From the human T2T-CHM13v2.0 reference genome, Homo sapiens, in assembly GCF_009914755.1 (NCBI RefSeq), contig NC_060934.1: a stretch of 64,000 bases of DNA; one strand, written 5' to 3'. The position numbers and the translations under genes are program-made. Below, in pieces: positions 1 to 11,860 of this stretch. The notes beneath the pieces are model-generated. The model did no database searches. It was not told the DNA's origin and was given only the letters and a program-made list of their open reading frames with translations. The number at the start of each line of letters is the position of its first letter. Within the stretch, counting starts at the first letter, position 1.

Positions 1-100
1 GGCTATGGCAGAGATAGGAGAAAGAAGTACCTCCTGGATGTGACTGTGTTCTGGGAGGCTAAGAGGCTCCCTCTGGCTTTTCCCTATCCCATGGAATGTT

Positions 101-364
101 ACACCTGTAATCCCAGCACTTTGGGAGGCCAAGGCGGATGATCACTTGAGCTCAGGAGTTTGAGACCAGCCTGGCCAACATGGTGAAACCCCATCTCTAC
201 TAAAAATAGAAAAATTAGCTGGGTATGTTGGCGCATGCCTGTAATCTCAGCTACTCAGGAGGCTGAGGCAGGAGAATCACTTGAACCCGCAAGATGAAGG
301 TTGCAGTGAGCCGAGGTCATATCATGACACTCCAGCCGGGGCGACAGAGCTGTCTCAAAAAAAA
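101..364 (+). mobile_element. Alu SINE (AluS-type), 5'-truncated
   Basis: CCTGTAATCCCAGCACTTTGGGAGGCC...GAGACCAGCCTGGCCAACATGGTGAAACCCC, A-rich linker, right arm, short A tail. Confidence 0.95.
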
Positions 365-1567
365 TTGCGTCTGATCCACCATGCTCTGTGCTTACCTCTT
401 CTGCAGTGCTGTCTTAGTGACACAAGGAATGATGCATAGACTTCCCTTCCTGGGGCCTCTCTATGCGTCTTGCCTGCTCTGCATTCCCCTGCTCAGACAT
501 CAGACTGATAAACATTTGGGGAATGGAAGAGGGAAGAATTCTAGAACCCACCAAGGAGGCACGCGTGGACACGCTTTTCCCTGAGACTTACTGGCCTCAG
601 GTAAATGGTCAAATGGTTAACTGCAAATCTTATTTATGTCCTGACAGAGACTGAAAATACTGGGGGTTTTCCAGAACTGTGAGTTATACTTTGCATATTT
701 GTTTCCCCATCAGCACTGGCTTTCCTGACTTTATTTTTCTGTCTTGACTCTATCTTCACTCATCAAGTTGTGACCTCTCGGTCACCCAGACTCGCCCTTG
801 GTGATGCAACACCTTTCTCTCTTTCTCACTGCAGGGAACAGCATTGCTCCGCTCCATCTATCCTGTTTCACGCCTTTCCAGCTTAGTTTTAAATTCCTTA
901 CTGATTAATTCTGTAATTAAATGATTAAGATTATTTTAGGGATATAGAGAATAAAATGTCAATAGAAAGAGATCCTACTGAGCTCTGTGTTTAAGGACAA
1001 AACTAAATATTAGTAACAACTATTTTGTCTTCTTGATTTGTTCACAAAGTATCTTTATGAAGATACTTATTCATATGGTAGCAATGCAACCGCATTATGC
1101 ATATGGCATAAGCTAAAATTTATCTTCACAAATACTTATTTGATGAAAACATGTTCTCAAATTTTACGTGTAATTTATTCACTGAGAATTAATGTAACAT
1201 ATGGGCCCCCTATGTAACCTTTTGCAGTTGATCTATTTCTGCAATTTCCATTGGCAGTGTCTGTGAGCTAGGCTCCCGATGTGATGTGGGGATACATTTT
1301 CCATAACTGGTGTCTGGTTCCTCGCTCTTGCTTGGTGCCAATTCTCTCTGTGAAAAAAGAGGTGCTCTAAGAATAGCTAATGACTCTTTACTGGATGTTT
1401 TTGAGAATGATTCCAGACCCGAGGATTCCCAAATAAGACATGAATACTGAAAATACCTTATACCTTTAGTGATGCCCATAGTCCATCCATGGGATAACAG
1501 AGTCTAAAAGCGTATTCTGAATTTGAAATGCTCTTTGTCAAAGCATTCTTTTATAACCATTTCTATG

Positions 1568-1720
1568 TGCATTCAGCAAACATCTACTGGTTTGTTGCCA
1601 GACACTGTGCTAAGTATTGGAGGTAGAAAGATAAAGAACATGCAAACCCTGTCCACAACTTTACAACAAAGTAGGTCAGAAAGATGCACAAAAACAATTA
1701 TCGTTCCATGTACCATGTGC
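1568..1720 (-). mobile_element. L2 LINE 3' end fragment
   Basis: CATTCAGCAAACATCTACTG...GCCAGACACTGTGCTAAG resembles the reverse complement of the L2 3' terminus. Confidence 0.6.
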
Positions 1721-1749
1721 CACCACATGTACATATATGCACTCACATT

Positions 1750-1929
1750 CAGGGCCGGCTTTATGGGTACGTGATTTGTGTTGTTGCACAGGGCCCTGGC
1801 TTAGTTAGATGGGGCCCATGCTTGGTCTAATACTCCACTGTTGCCATGTTGAAATTCTTCACAACTTTTGAACAAGGGCTTTATATTTTCATTTTACAAT
1901 GGGCTCTGCAAATTACATAGCCAATCCAG
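1750..1929 (+). mobile_element. MER45A-like hAT-Tip100 MITE, near full length
   Basis: CAGGGCCGGCTTTATGGG...TTGAAATTCTT...TTTTGAACAAGGG...ATTTTCATTTT...GCAAATTACATAGCC matches the recalled MER45A consensus end to end. Confidence 0.75.
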
Positions 1930-2228
1930 CTTATAGTCATACCTTCCTTTTTTATAAATTTTCCTCTTGGTTCTGTTTAATACTGTTAGCAAACTCAAAG
2001 GTTTGAACAATCCCCTATGCAATAGAAATAACATATTTAATATGTTTACACATCAGGCTTTGGGCTTTTATTGATGTTCTAGTAGTGTAGCTTTTGTATT
2101 TCTATTTTAGGAAAACAAGAGTATACCTTAGACCCTGGCCACTTTAAGACACAAAGTTAATTTTTAAAATGTGGTAATTGTGGTAAATAGATTTTCTTTT
2201 TTCATTGCTTTAATATACATGTTTTCTC

Positions 2229-2988
2229 TTTTTTTCCATCAACTTTTATTTTAAGTTCCAGGGTACATGTGCAGGATGTGCAGGTTCATTACATAGGTAA
2301 ACATGTGTTTGCTGCACAGATCAACTCATCACCTGGGTATTAAGCAGAGCATCTATTAGCTATTCTTCCTGATGCTCTTCTCCCCTCATCCCTCCCTGAC
2401 AGGTCCCAGTGTGTGTTGTTCCCACCATGTTTCCATGTGTTCTCATTGTTTAGTTCCCACTTATAAGTGAGAACATGTGGTATTTGGTTTTCCGTTCCTG
2501 CATTAGTTTGCTGAGGATAATGGTTTCCAGCTCCATCCATGTTGCTGCAAAGGACATGATCGCCTTCCTTTTTATGGCTGCATAGTATTCCATGGTGTAT
2601 TTGTACCACATTTTCTTTATCCAGTCTATCATTGATGGCCATTTGGGTTGATTCCATGTCTTTGCTATTGTGAATTGTGCTGCAGTGAGCATACACATGC
2701 ATGTAGCTTTATAATAGAATAATTTATATTCCTTTGGGTACATACCCAGTAATGGGATTGCTGGGTCAAATGGTATTTCTGCTTCTAGATCTTTGAGGGA
2801 TTGCCACACTGTCTTCCACAATGATTGAACTAATTTACATTCCCACCAACATTGTAAAAGCGTTCCTATTTCTCCACAGCCTCATCGGCATCTGTTGTTT
2901 CTTGACTTTTTCATAATCGCCATTCTGACTGGCGTGAGATGGTATCTCATTGTGGTTTTGATTTGCATTTCTCTCATGATCAGTGATT
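2229..2988 (-). mobile_element. L1PA (approx. L1PA10-13) 3' end: ORF2 C-terminus and 3'UTR
   Basis: Minus-strand ORF 2450-2821 translates to the L1 ORF2p C-terminus (EIPFDPAIPLLG...TIAKTWNQPK...MEYYAAIK); L1 3'UTR and T-tract at the left end. Confidence 0.93.
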
Positions 2989-3750
<762 letters not shown>

Positions 3751-6700
3751 GGAAGTCAGGCCAGATAATTCTATGCTCGCTTCCAGCTTCCCCAAACACC
3801 GTTCCAATACCTTCCCTCCAGTCCTAAGAATGCCTCTTGCTCCATTCAAGTCCTCCCTTTGAGACTCAGGCCTGGTTTGTTCCCTTACTCCAGCATGGTA
3901 CCTCCCCTAAAATTCTTGTCCACACTAGTCCTTTGTCAGGTAACCACATATTGTGTCAGACAGCTTTCATGATGAATTATAATGGGAGAGGAACACTTAT
4001 TCCCAGCTCCTCTCGTGCCCAGGAGGGAGGAATTTTTCCCTGAACACTCTGGCTTCTCACCCTGATTGGTGAGACTGGGACAAAAAACTGGGTGGGCATA
4101 GCTTGACCCTTTCCCCTATCCTCCTCTCTCGGGAGCCAGGCTGCCAGATATTATAGTTTGCTTCTCTGCTTGAGAAGATTCCTGGGGACAACTTCAACAT
4201 GTGTTTGCGACTAGGTGGGTTTGTCTTATTCTGGGGTTTTGTGTTAGAAACTCCATTATTGCCTCACAACACACATTTTCCAACTTGGTTATTCTCAGCA
4301 ATGAACATACTCTTGATTTCTATCTTCCTGCTCCTTGCCTATTTCTTAATTGATTTAAACATGGTTATGGTAACTCTAAAATAAATACTTTATCTCTGCA
4401 ATGAGGCCACTAACACAAATAGGGAAATAATATGTGCCTTTTTTTCCCCCTTGGGTCACTCTCCTATTCTTTCAGGAAACATTTATGGTTTGTCTGCCAT
4501 ATCTTCTGTAGATAGATGCTTTTCTTTTTTGTATAGGGTTATACTATATATTAGGGCCATACTATAAAAATGTTAAGGGCTCAAATGTTTGTTGACTGAA
4601 TGTTGAGGAATTTGGATTTTACTCCATAGGCAAAGAAAAGTAATCAAAGGTAAATAAGACAAGGTCAAAGTCTCCCTCTCCTTTCTTTGCTCAGAGATCA
4701 GGTTGAAAATGCAATGGAAACAGGGGTCATATTGGCTTCACTGCACATTTATGTATAAATCACTGGGTGTTTCCCACATTCAGGATTTCTAGGACTAACA
4801 TAAAGATACCACAAGGTAAATCTAAGGAGTGGAAGGGGTGATGGCGGCTGCAGAAAAAACAGGTTGAGAATACTTAAAACAGATTCCAATAAGTGTGTTT
4901 CAGCAGAGAATAGTGGAACACTTAGACATAGAAAGTGACAAAAAGGACTCCCATGTGTCTGCCCTTTGCTGTTTTTCTTATCTCCTTGCAAGTTACCCTA
5001 AAAATCATGGTAACTAAATAAAACATCTACTGATTTTTATACTGCTTGTCTCTTTAAGGCCATAGTACCAGTCCTGCCAGGCTATTCATCAGCACAGCCT
5101 GGCTATTTTGACAGGTGGACCCAACTAGATCTAGAGTCTTAAATTTATTGTATCAAGATACGGATCATGACACCTGATAGTTGACAGTAAAACTATAACC
5201 TGGAAGGCTCACATCATTGGATTTATTTACAACAGAGGAATGCAACATGTCAAATAGCTGCCTTATAGATAAATGGAGCCAGAGATGAGGGAAGATCATC
5301 GTTTTTTTCCACTGCCTGGGAAAATTTTAGCCCTGCTGGGCTATGTCTGGGAAAAGATTCCCATTCTGGCTTCCTGCTGCTAGGGGGGTTGGCCTAACTC
5401 AAGGCAGAATTCAGCTCAGAGCATTGAAGAGTGGTGCACACAGACCCTCCAGGCAGGGTGCATGAGGCTCCGCCCAAAATCTGCAGTACGATACTGCATG
5501 ATGCTTAAAGAAAATAGCTCTCTCTCTTTTTTTTTATTTTTAACCAGAGGCGTTTCATGTAATGAAAACCAAAGGCTTTGTGGTTCTTCTCAGGATGGTG
5601 TGCTACTTGTCACAATGTGTTTGCAAAATCAGAAGGAGCCTGAATGAACATGTGTGTGTTTAATTCCCCGGCCAAGTCCACCACCACAGCAGGGGCTGGC
5701 GCTCAGTGTGATATTGGTTTTCACCAGCTGTTGGGGAGCGAGACACATAACAGGTGGGGAGGGCTGGCAGATGCAACAGCTTGCCTTCTGGTTGCCAAGA
5801 AATAGATTGGCCAGCTACAAATGTGGTTGGTCTGAGGAGTGGGATGCCTTTTGCATGGCAAGGACAGGATGGCCACCCTGACAGTGAAAGATGCCAGTGG
5901 ATCCTGGGTGTGCTTGGGTGGTCCCGATTTCAACCACTGTAGGCGCTGTCAGACCATGTGACAGGTCAGTCAAACCCTGGGTCCTGATACATCTGTGAAT
6001 ATGGAGAGGTTGATTAACCGGCATCAAGCAACACCTGTTTCCTCCAAATTGCACTCAGTTGTCACAGAGTCTGAAATTCCATTATTAGGAATTCACTACT
6101 TTGGTCTTGAAGCCCTTTTGTAAAAATTTTCAGGGGTCCCCATTAAAGCAACTGAGTTCATAAGCAGTGGCTAACAGAGAGCAAAGCTCTTATCACAAGG
6201 TGAGTGGGTATCAGGATTGAAAGAAGCCACTGAGGGCTTCTGAAGCCCTCCTCCAGGACAGCACTTATGCTGAATGCAATTTCTCTTTTTCCTATTAGAT
6301 TATGACCTGTATAAGACCAAACACTAAATCTTCTTTATTTTTGCCTCTCTTATAGCTACCCACAACTGTATTGACGTAGATAGGAAACTCAATGAAAAGC
6401 TGGAAGCTAAATGCAGGAAAGCCCATCCTCAATTGCATAAAATGGTTGCACACTCACATGCCCAGATGGTTCTCTTTCTCATCTCATACCCTTGAATTTT
6501 AAGTATTGTGTTGACCAAACAGTTCCTTGTGCAGCCAGGTTGGACCCATTTGAGATGCAATTAGTCCACTGAAGAGAAAATAATAGAAGTTGGTGGGTCC
6601 AATGTCCCTTTTGTTTATTTGGGGAATTGGATAAAATTAGGTTATCCTGCATCATCACACTTCACTGTAAGCATACAGGTTCCCATTCAAAGTGTGTACA

Positions 6701-7423
6701 GCTAATCTAAAGAAAAATTCACCCACCCGCAGACCCTAATTCTCCCAGCTGATAACCACACTTTTTACTCTACTAGAAAAGAATATGCCTATTTTCAGGC
6801 GCACAGATTGTCAACTTCCTCCTTGCCCAATCTTCCATGTCAAATTCATTTATCATTTCATCCATCTTTTTTTTGCTGCTTCTCTGTGGTAGAAAAACGT
6901 GTAACCTCCTCTTTCTCCCATACTATATACCCCTTCTCCTCCTCATTCTTCCTTCCTTTCTCCTTCTTCTCTATCTACCCTGGTGTTCTAGCTTCCTTAC
7001 AACTTTCCAGTTGACCCCAGACTTAAACAAAAACTTTAAAAAAAATCTTCCATATAGCCTTATCTGATGGTCCTTTTTCTTATTCTTAAATATGTTTAAC
7101 TCTTCCATCTTAAAAACATTTCTTCTCAAGTGTGCCCTGCTTCAAGGCCTCAGCCTAAAGCCCAGTTCACAATTGCCATGCTTCTGGAAAGAGGAGTCCA
7201 CAGCTCCTTGTGTGCCCAGCTTCTAGTCATCTCCTCCTTATGGCCTTATTCTGCTGATGCTGGTCTTGCGAACATCACCTCACAATTATCCTCTTTCCAG
7301 GTCTCATTGTCATTGACCTCTTTGTAGAATGAGACACAGTGGGCCATGCCTTCCCGCATCTTTTTGGTACACTTCCTCTTGCTTTCATTTCTGACTTTCC
7401 TGCTTTTGCACCTTAGCTTCTCT

Positions 7424-7805
7424 AACGAACAGTCTGCCAGGGCTTCCAAAACCCTGTACCACAGACCAAGTGGCTTATGCAACCTAGACTTATTTCCTCA
7501 CAGTTCTGGAGGCTGGAAGTACAAGATCAAGGTGTCAGTAGAGTTGATTTCTTCTGAGGCCTCTCCTTGGCTTGCAGATGGCCATATTTTTCTGGTATCT
7601 TCATATAGTCATCCCTCTCTGGATATCTGTGTCCAAATTTCTTGCACATATAGGGACACCCATCACACTGGCTACCTTTGTAACCTCATTTTGCTGTAAT
7701 TACCTCTTTAAAGGTCATATCTTCTAATACAGCCACATTCCCAGGTACCAGGGGTGAGAACTTTGACATATGAATTTGGCGGGGGGCGTCCCTGAGCCCA
7801 CAACA
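7424..7805 (-). mobile_element. MLT1B-like ERVL-MaLR solo LTR
   Basis: CTCACAGTTCTGGAGGCTGGAAGTACAAGATCAAGGTGTC...CTTGGCTTGCAGATGGCC...ACATATGAATTTGG...GCCCACAACA. Confidence 0.85.
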
Positions 7806-7899
7806 CTGCCTACTGCCAGATTCTCTTTCTTTGCCTCTCTTATTTTCTGGTGCTCTCTGCAATTATCTCAGATAATTCCTTGTGTTCTGTCTACATCTG

Positions 7900-8062
7900 T
7901 GTTTCTTAAGAATATGGTTGTAGACTACTGGTTACAAATATTCACCACTTTGCCACATCCCTGTCCTCTTGGATCAGAATCCCTGGGGAGAGATTCAAGG
8001 AGTGCACCTTCTGCAGCCTTCATAGATGATTCTTGTGCACCTCGGAGTCTGAGAACTAGGAC
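7900..8062. mobile_element. MER5-like hAT-Charlie MITE (degraded)
   Basis: ATCAGAATCCCTGGGG...GATGATTCTTGTGCAC...AGTCTGAGAAC. Confidence 0.55.
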
Positions 8063-8644
8063 TCTGCGTGATGCCCAGTCACCTCATTTACTGCCATGGC
8101 TTCCGCTACCATCTCTTGGTGGATGTCTTTACATTTAGGGCTCTTTACCTACTTCGTAAGCTTCAAATCCACATTTCCAACTATTATGTGGACAAATCCA
8201 CCCTGGTGTCTCATTGATATCTCAAACTCCACATGTCCGAGAGGAAATGCCTCCTCATTTGTCTCCAAGTCAGTTCTTCTAAACGCCGGACCCCATCTAA
8301 TGGCATTCCTGTCTACTTGCACTTCAGAGCTGGAAACCGTAGTGTTCTTCTTTATTTCTCTTATTTCCCTCACCTTCTTCCCTATAAAATTCAGATGATT
8401 CTTCCACAGAAATGTCTCTTCAGCCTGACTCTCCTCTTCCCCGTAGAACTGTGCTCCTGGTGCAGACCCTCACCACTGCTGTCTTCCTTGGGTCACTGCA
8501 CCAGCCTTACCCCTGGTTTCTCATTCTCTCCACACTGCCGTGCAACTCCACACTGCTGCTGGGCTCACTTTTCCAAAACCTCAATGTCATCGCCTCTCTT
8601 TCCCTATTTTAAGCCCTTCTGTGAGCTCCCTTGTTAGATGACGG

Positions 8645-8785
8645 CATGCCTCCCAGCATGGCTGGTCATCAGAGGAACCGGGGTAGTTTTTAATAACCAG
8701 ACTCCCAGGCTCCAAGGCTTTCCTGATTCACTGGTCTGGGCTGACATCCCGGCTATCTGAGGATCAGCCAAGTCTGGGAACACCT
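8645..8785. mobile_element. MER5-like hAT-Charlie MITE (degraded)
   Basis: TGGCTGGTCATCAGAGGAACCGGGG...CAGACTCCCAGGCTCC...CTGATTCACTGGTCTGGG...CAGCCAAGTCTGGGAAC. Confidence 0.55.
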
Positions 8786-9476
8786 AGGAGGTGGATTCTA
8801 GCCCGCAGGATAAAAACCCAACCCCTCCACTTAGGTGGTTCCCAAATCACTTAACCAACCTCCCGAGTCTTGCCTCCCTCTGCCTTTCTCCATGTCCACA
8901 TAAAACAGGGCTTAGGTTTTTCTAAATCTGATCTAGTTTCTCACCATAACTTTGCAGTTTCTTTCACCTGAAATTCCTTTCTTTACTATTCATTGAGAAA
9001 TTCCTATTCACCCTTAATGACCCAATTTAAAGATCCCCTCTTTTGTCAAGCTTCCCTAGCCCTGGGTGCCCTTCAGCTTGTTACTCCTATTTCTGTACCA
9101 GAATTATTACATCACAATGCAATTTACCTATGCATATATCCAATCTCTCCAAAAGATCGGAAACTCAAGTATCTAATATCTAGCGACACGTAACAGGAGC
9201 CTAGTAAATATTTGTTGGATGAATAATCTTTTAACATATAGGTGCTCTGATCTTATGGATAAAGAAAAACCCACAGTGTTTTTGTCATGATCAGAACATG
9301 CTTCTGTTTGGAACAAGAGCCCAGACAGGCTCTAGGGTTACAGTTATTCTCTGAGGAACAGGGGACAGCCAGAATGCAACAGGCTGTGACTCAGAATAGG
9401 ACTCTAGACCCGGTGAATTAACCAATGTCCACCAGAAAATAGATTCAATATCACAGTTAAAGAATGTGGATATATG

Positions 9477-9779
9477 GGTCCCGGCACTGCAGCTAATGCC
9501 TATAATCCCAGTGCTTTGGGAGGCCAAGGTGGGAGGATTACCTGAGGCCGGGAGTTTGAGACCAGACTGGGCAACATAACAAGATCTTGTGACTACAAGA
9601 AATTAAGAAATCAGTCAGGTATGGTGCTGTGCCCTGTAGACCCAGCTACTTGGGAGTCTGAGGCAGGAGGATTCTTGAGCCCAGCCTTTAATGAGACTGC
9701 AGTGAGCTGTGATTGTGCCACTGCACTCTATACTAGGCAACGGTGTGAGGCTCTATCTCTTAAAAAAAAAAAAAAAAAA
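9477..9779 (+). mobile_element. Alu SINE (AluJ-type)
   Basis: Dimeric Alu with J-type features (GGGAGGATT, CTGGGCAACATA, AGACTGCAGTGAGC) and A tail. Confidence 0.93.
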
Positions 9780-9829
9780 GGATGTAGACATGCAGAACAG
9801 AGGGCATCACCTAATGCTATAAGCATATT

Positions 9830-10351
9830 GAGTTGGGTTAAAAATGTCCACATGTTCTTTGAGGCCCCTCCCACTAAGAGGTGGAGCTTATTTTCCCACC
9901 CCTGAATCTGGACTGCCCTTGTGACTTGCTTTGCCCAGTAGATGACATGGACATTACAGGGCATGACTTCAGAGTGAGGCCTCAAAAGCCCTTGTAGTTT
10001 CTGTTCTTGCCTCCTTGAAACACTTTTTCCATCATGAAATAGAGTCCTGCTCAGCCTCCTGGAGCATGAGAGGCCACATGGAAGAGAGCTGAAGTGCCTT
10101 AGCCAACAGCCCCAGGTGACCACCAGGCAGGTGAGTGAGGCCACCTAAGATGAGCCCGTCACCAGCTGAGCTGCCACCTGACTGCAGGTGCACAAGGACA
10201 CCCAGCCAATACCACATGAGCAGAGCCCAGCTGTCCCTGCCACACCCCACTCTCACTGCAAGGACCCAAAATCATAACCAGTTAAATGAGTGGAGATTTT
10301 GCACCACCGAGTTTTGGGATGGTTTGTTTTTTAATAAAGATAACTGGTACA
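9830..10351 (+). mobile_element. MLT1G/H-like ERVL-MaLR LTR
   Basis: CCTCCCACTAAGAGGTGGAG...TGAATCTGGACTGCCCTTGTGACTTGCTTTG...GAGAGGCCACATGGA...AGTTTTGGGATGGTTTGTT...AGATAACTGGTACA. Confidence 0.8.
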
Positions 10352-11436
10352 TGGGTTGGTAGGCATAGTAGTGGTATTTTGGAACAAGAATTACTGAACT
10401 GACAAGACATTTTCCACAACCTCCATGAGATAAGGGAGGCCCTGATGTTCTATAAGCCTTAGGCAGGATTGGCTTAGGGACTGAGTGGAGTTGAACCTGA
10501 AGCTGAGATCCAGATCTCACTCTTGGCAGCTCAGAGACACCAGGGGGAAACAGATTGGCTGGAAAGGAGAGTCAACAGTAAGCACCACTAAACTGCACAA
10601 CCATGTTTTCAGTGATCACCTAGTGTGCTTGAGCATGTGCTGTGTGGACATGGATGCAGTCATTGTCAGATATGTAAAAACATAGCTGGAACTATAATGG
10701 AGTCTTACAATGTGATCTTGTCCTGAGAACTCCTGAAAAATTATATGCTTTTCAAAGTTGTCTTTTATTGTTAGTTTCTTTAGTAGTGTTGCTTTAAGCA
10801 GCTTCCTAATGCCACACAAATCCTGAATTGTGTATAGGGATAATTAGTAGGTATATAGCCTAGGTTCTCTTAAACAGAGTTCTTCTGAAACATCAGCCCC
10901 ACGGTTCCACAGCTGACACAGACGAACTGGGGATGGACGCTTAAACACATCAGCACAATCCATAAAGGTGTGAGGGTGTTTGGCATAAAGGGCATCCTGG
11001 TTTTTGGGGCCTGCTCTTCTGCAGATGCAGTGCGATACTCCCCCGCACTTCATCCCCATGATGGCTTTTGTCTGTTATCATATCTCAGTGCATTTCAGAA
11101 CTCAGCTTCTGTTGTCATTTTTTCACTCTCCTCTTTACAAGATTTCATTACATTTTCCATGTTTTAATCCAAACAGCCAATGCCAAAAAAAAAAAAAAAG
11201 GAGAGAAAGAAAGTACAGCTGTGGTGAGTCATTAAAGTGATTTTTCCAGCTGTTTAACTATTATGTCTGGCCCCACAGCAGCCTCTAAAAGACTAAGAAA
11301 ATGTTCTGCTTAGACTTTCTAGGGCTGAAAGTTTACAGATCACCAATTTTTCTTATATTAACAAACCCTTGTTATCACCTCTTGGAGCAATGGAGCAGAG
11401 GAACACAGGGAGGAAACGAAGGATTAAAATGTTTTA

Positions 11437-11625
11437 GTGTAGTCATAAAAATCTCGAGCACTGGAGTCAACAGACCTGGGCTTCAATCAGGGATCAGCTG
11501 CTGATGAGCTCAAGACACTGAGCATGTGACTTAGCTTCTCTGCATCTGTGTCTTCTTCGGTGATATGAGGGTATTATCTCAGTTACAGAGTCACTGAGGA
11601 GAGTAAATTGACTGATGTAAAAACA
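11437..11625 (+). mobile_element. MIR SINE
   Basis: CTGGAGTCAACAGACCTGGGCTTCAAT...GTGACTTAGCTTCTCTG core. Confidence 0.65.
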
Positions 11626-11639
11626 TTTACTTCAGCAGT

Positions 11640-11860
11640 AACTGCCGTGTAGCCCGGGCTCCAACCCGGCGGCTGCGATGATTTTGATAGTCTGGAGGCC
11701 TTGTCTGTGGCCCTGGCTCTTCCTTCCCTGGCGGGGCGTGAGCTTTGCATTGTGCTTCTCCCAGCAGTTGGGGTGTGGAGGAGGAGCGCACAGCAGGCTG
11801 CGGTGTTGTGCCAGATGGCCCAGGTGTATTGCTTTCATGAAATTTACAACACGGGATATT
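11640..11860. promoter_or_regulatory. Small CpG-retaining GC patch, candidate regulatory element
   Basis: About 10 CpGs in ~220 bp outside recognised repeats; GC box GGCGGGGCGTG; CCAGATGG E-box. Confidence 0.3.

Larger units (their letters stand above)
6850..9227 (+). mobile_element. Long fragmented L2 LINE hosting MLT1B and two MER5 insertions
   Basis: Pyrimidine-rich L2-type segments (e.g. TATCTCAAACTCCACATGTCC) ending in the L2 terminus CTAGTAAATATTTGTTGGATGAATAA; 5' boundary uncertain. Confidence 0.65.

Noticed and set aside
1210-1479. 89-aa ATG-initiated ORF in unique sequence
   Set aside because: No recognisable family and no supporting promoter or splice context; length within chance expectation
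2340-2821. ORFs of 120-123 aa with real protein similarity
   Set aside because: They are the L1 ORF2p C-terminus and its alternative frame in a truncated L1, not host genes. The same applies to 37374-37616 and 47361-47591.
6190-6206. Consensus donor AAG|GTGAGT at 6199/6200
   Set aside because: No convincing upstream acceptor; isolated donors are frequent by chance
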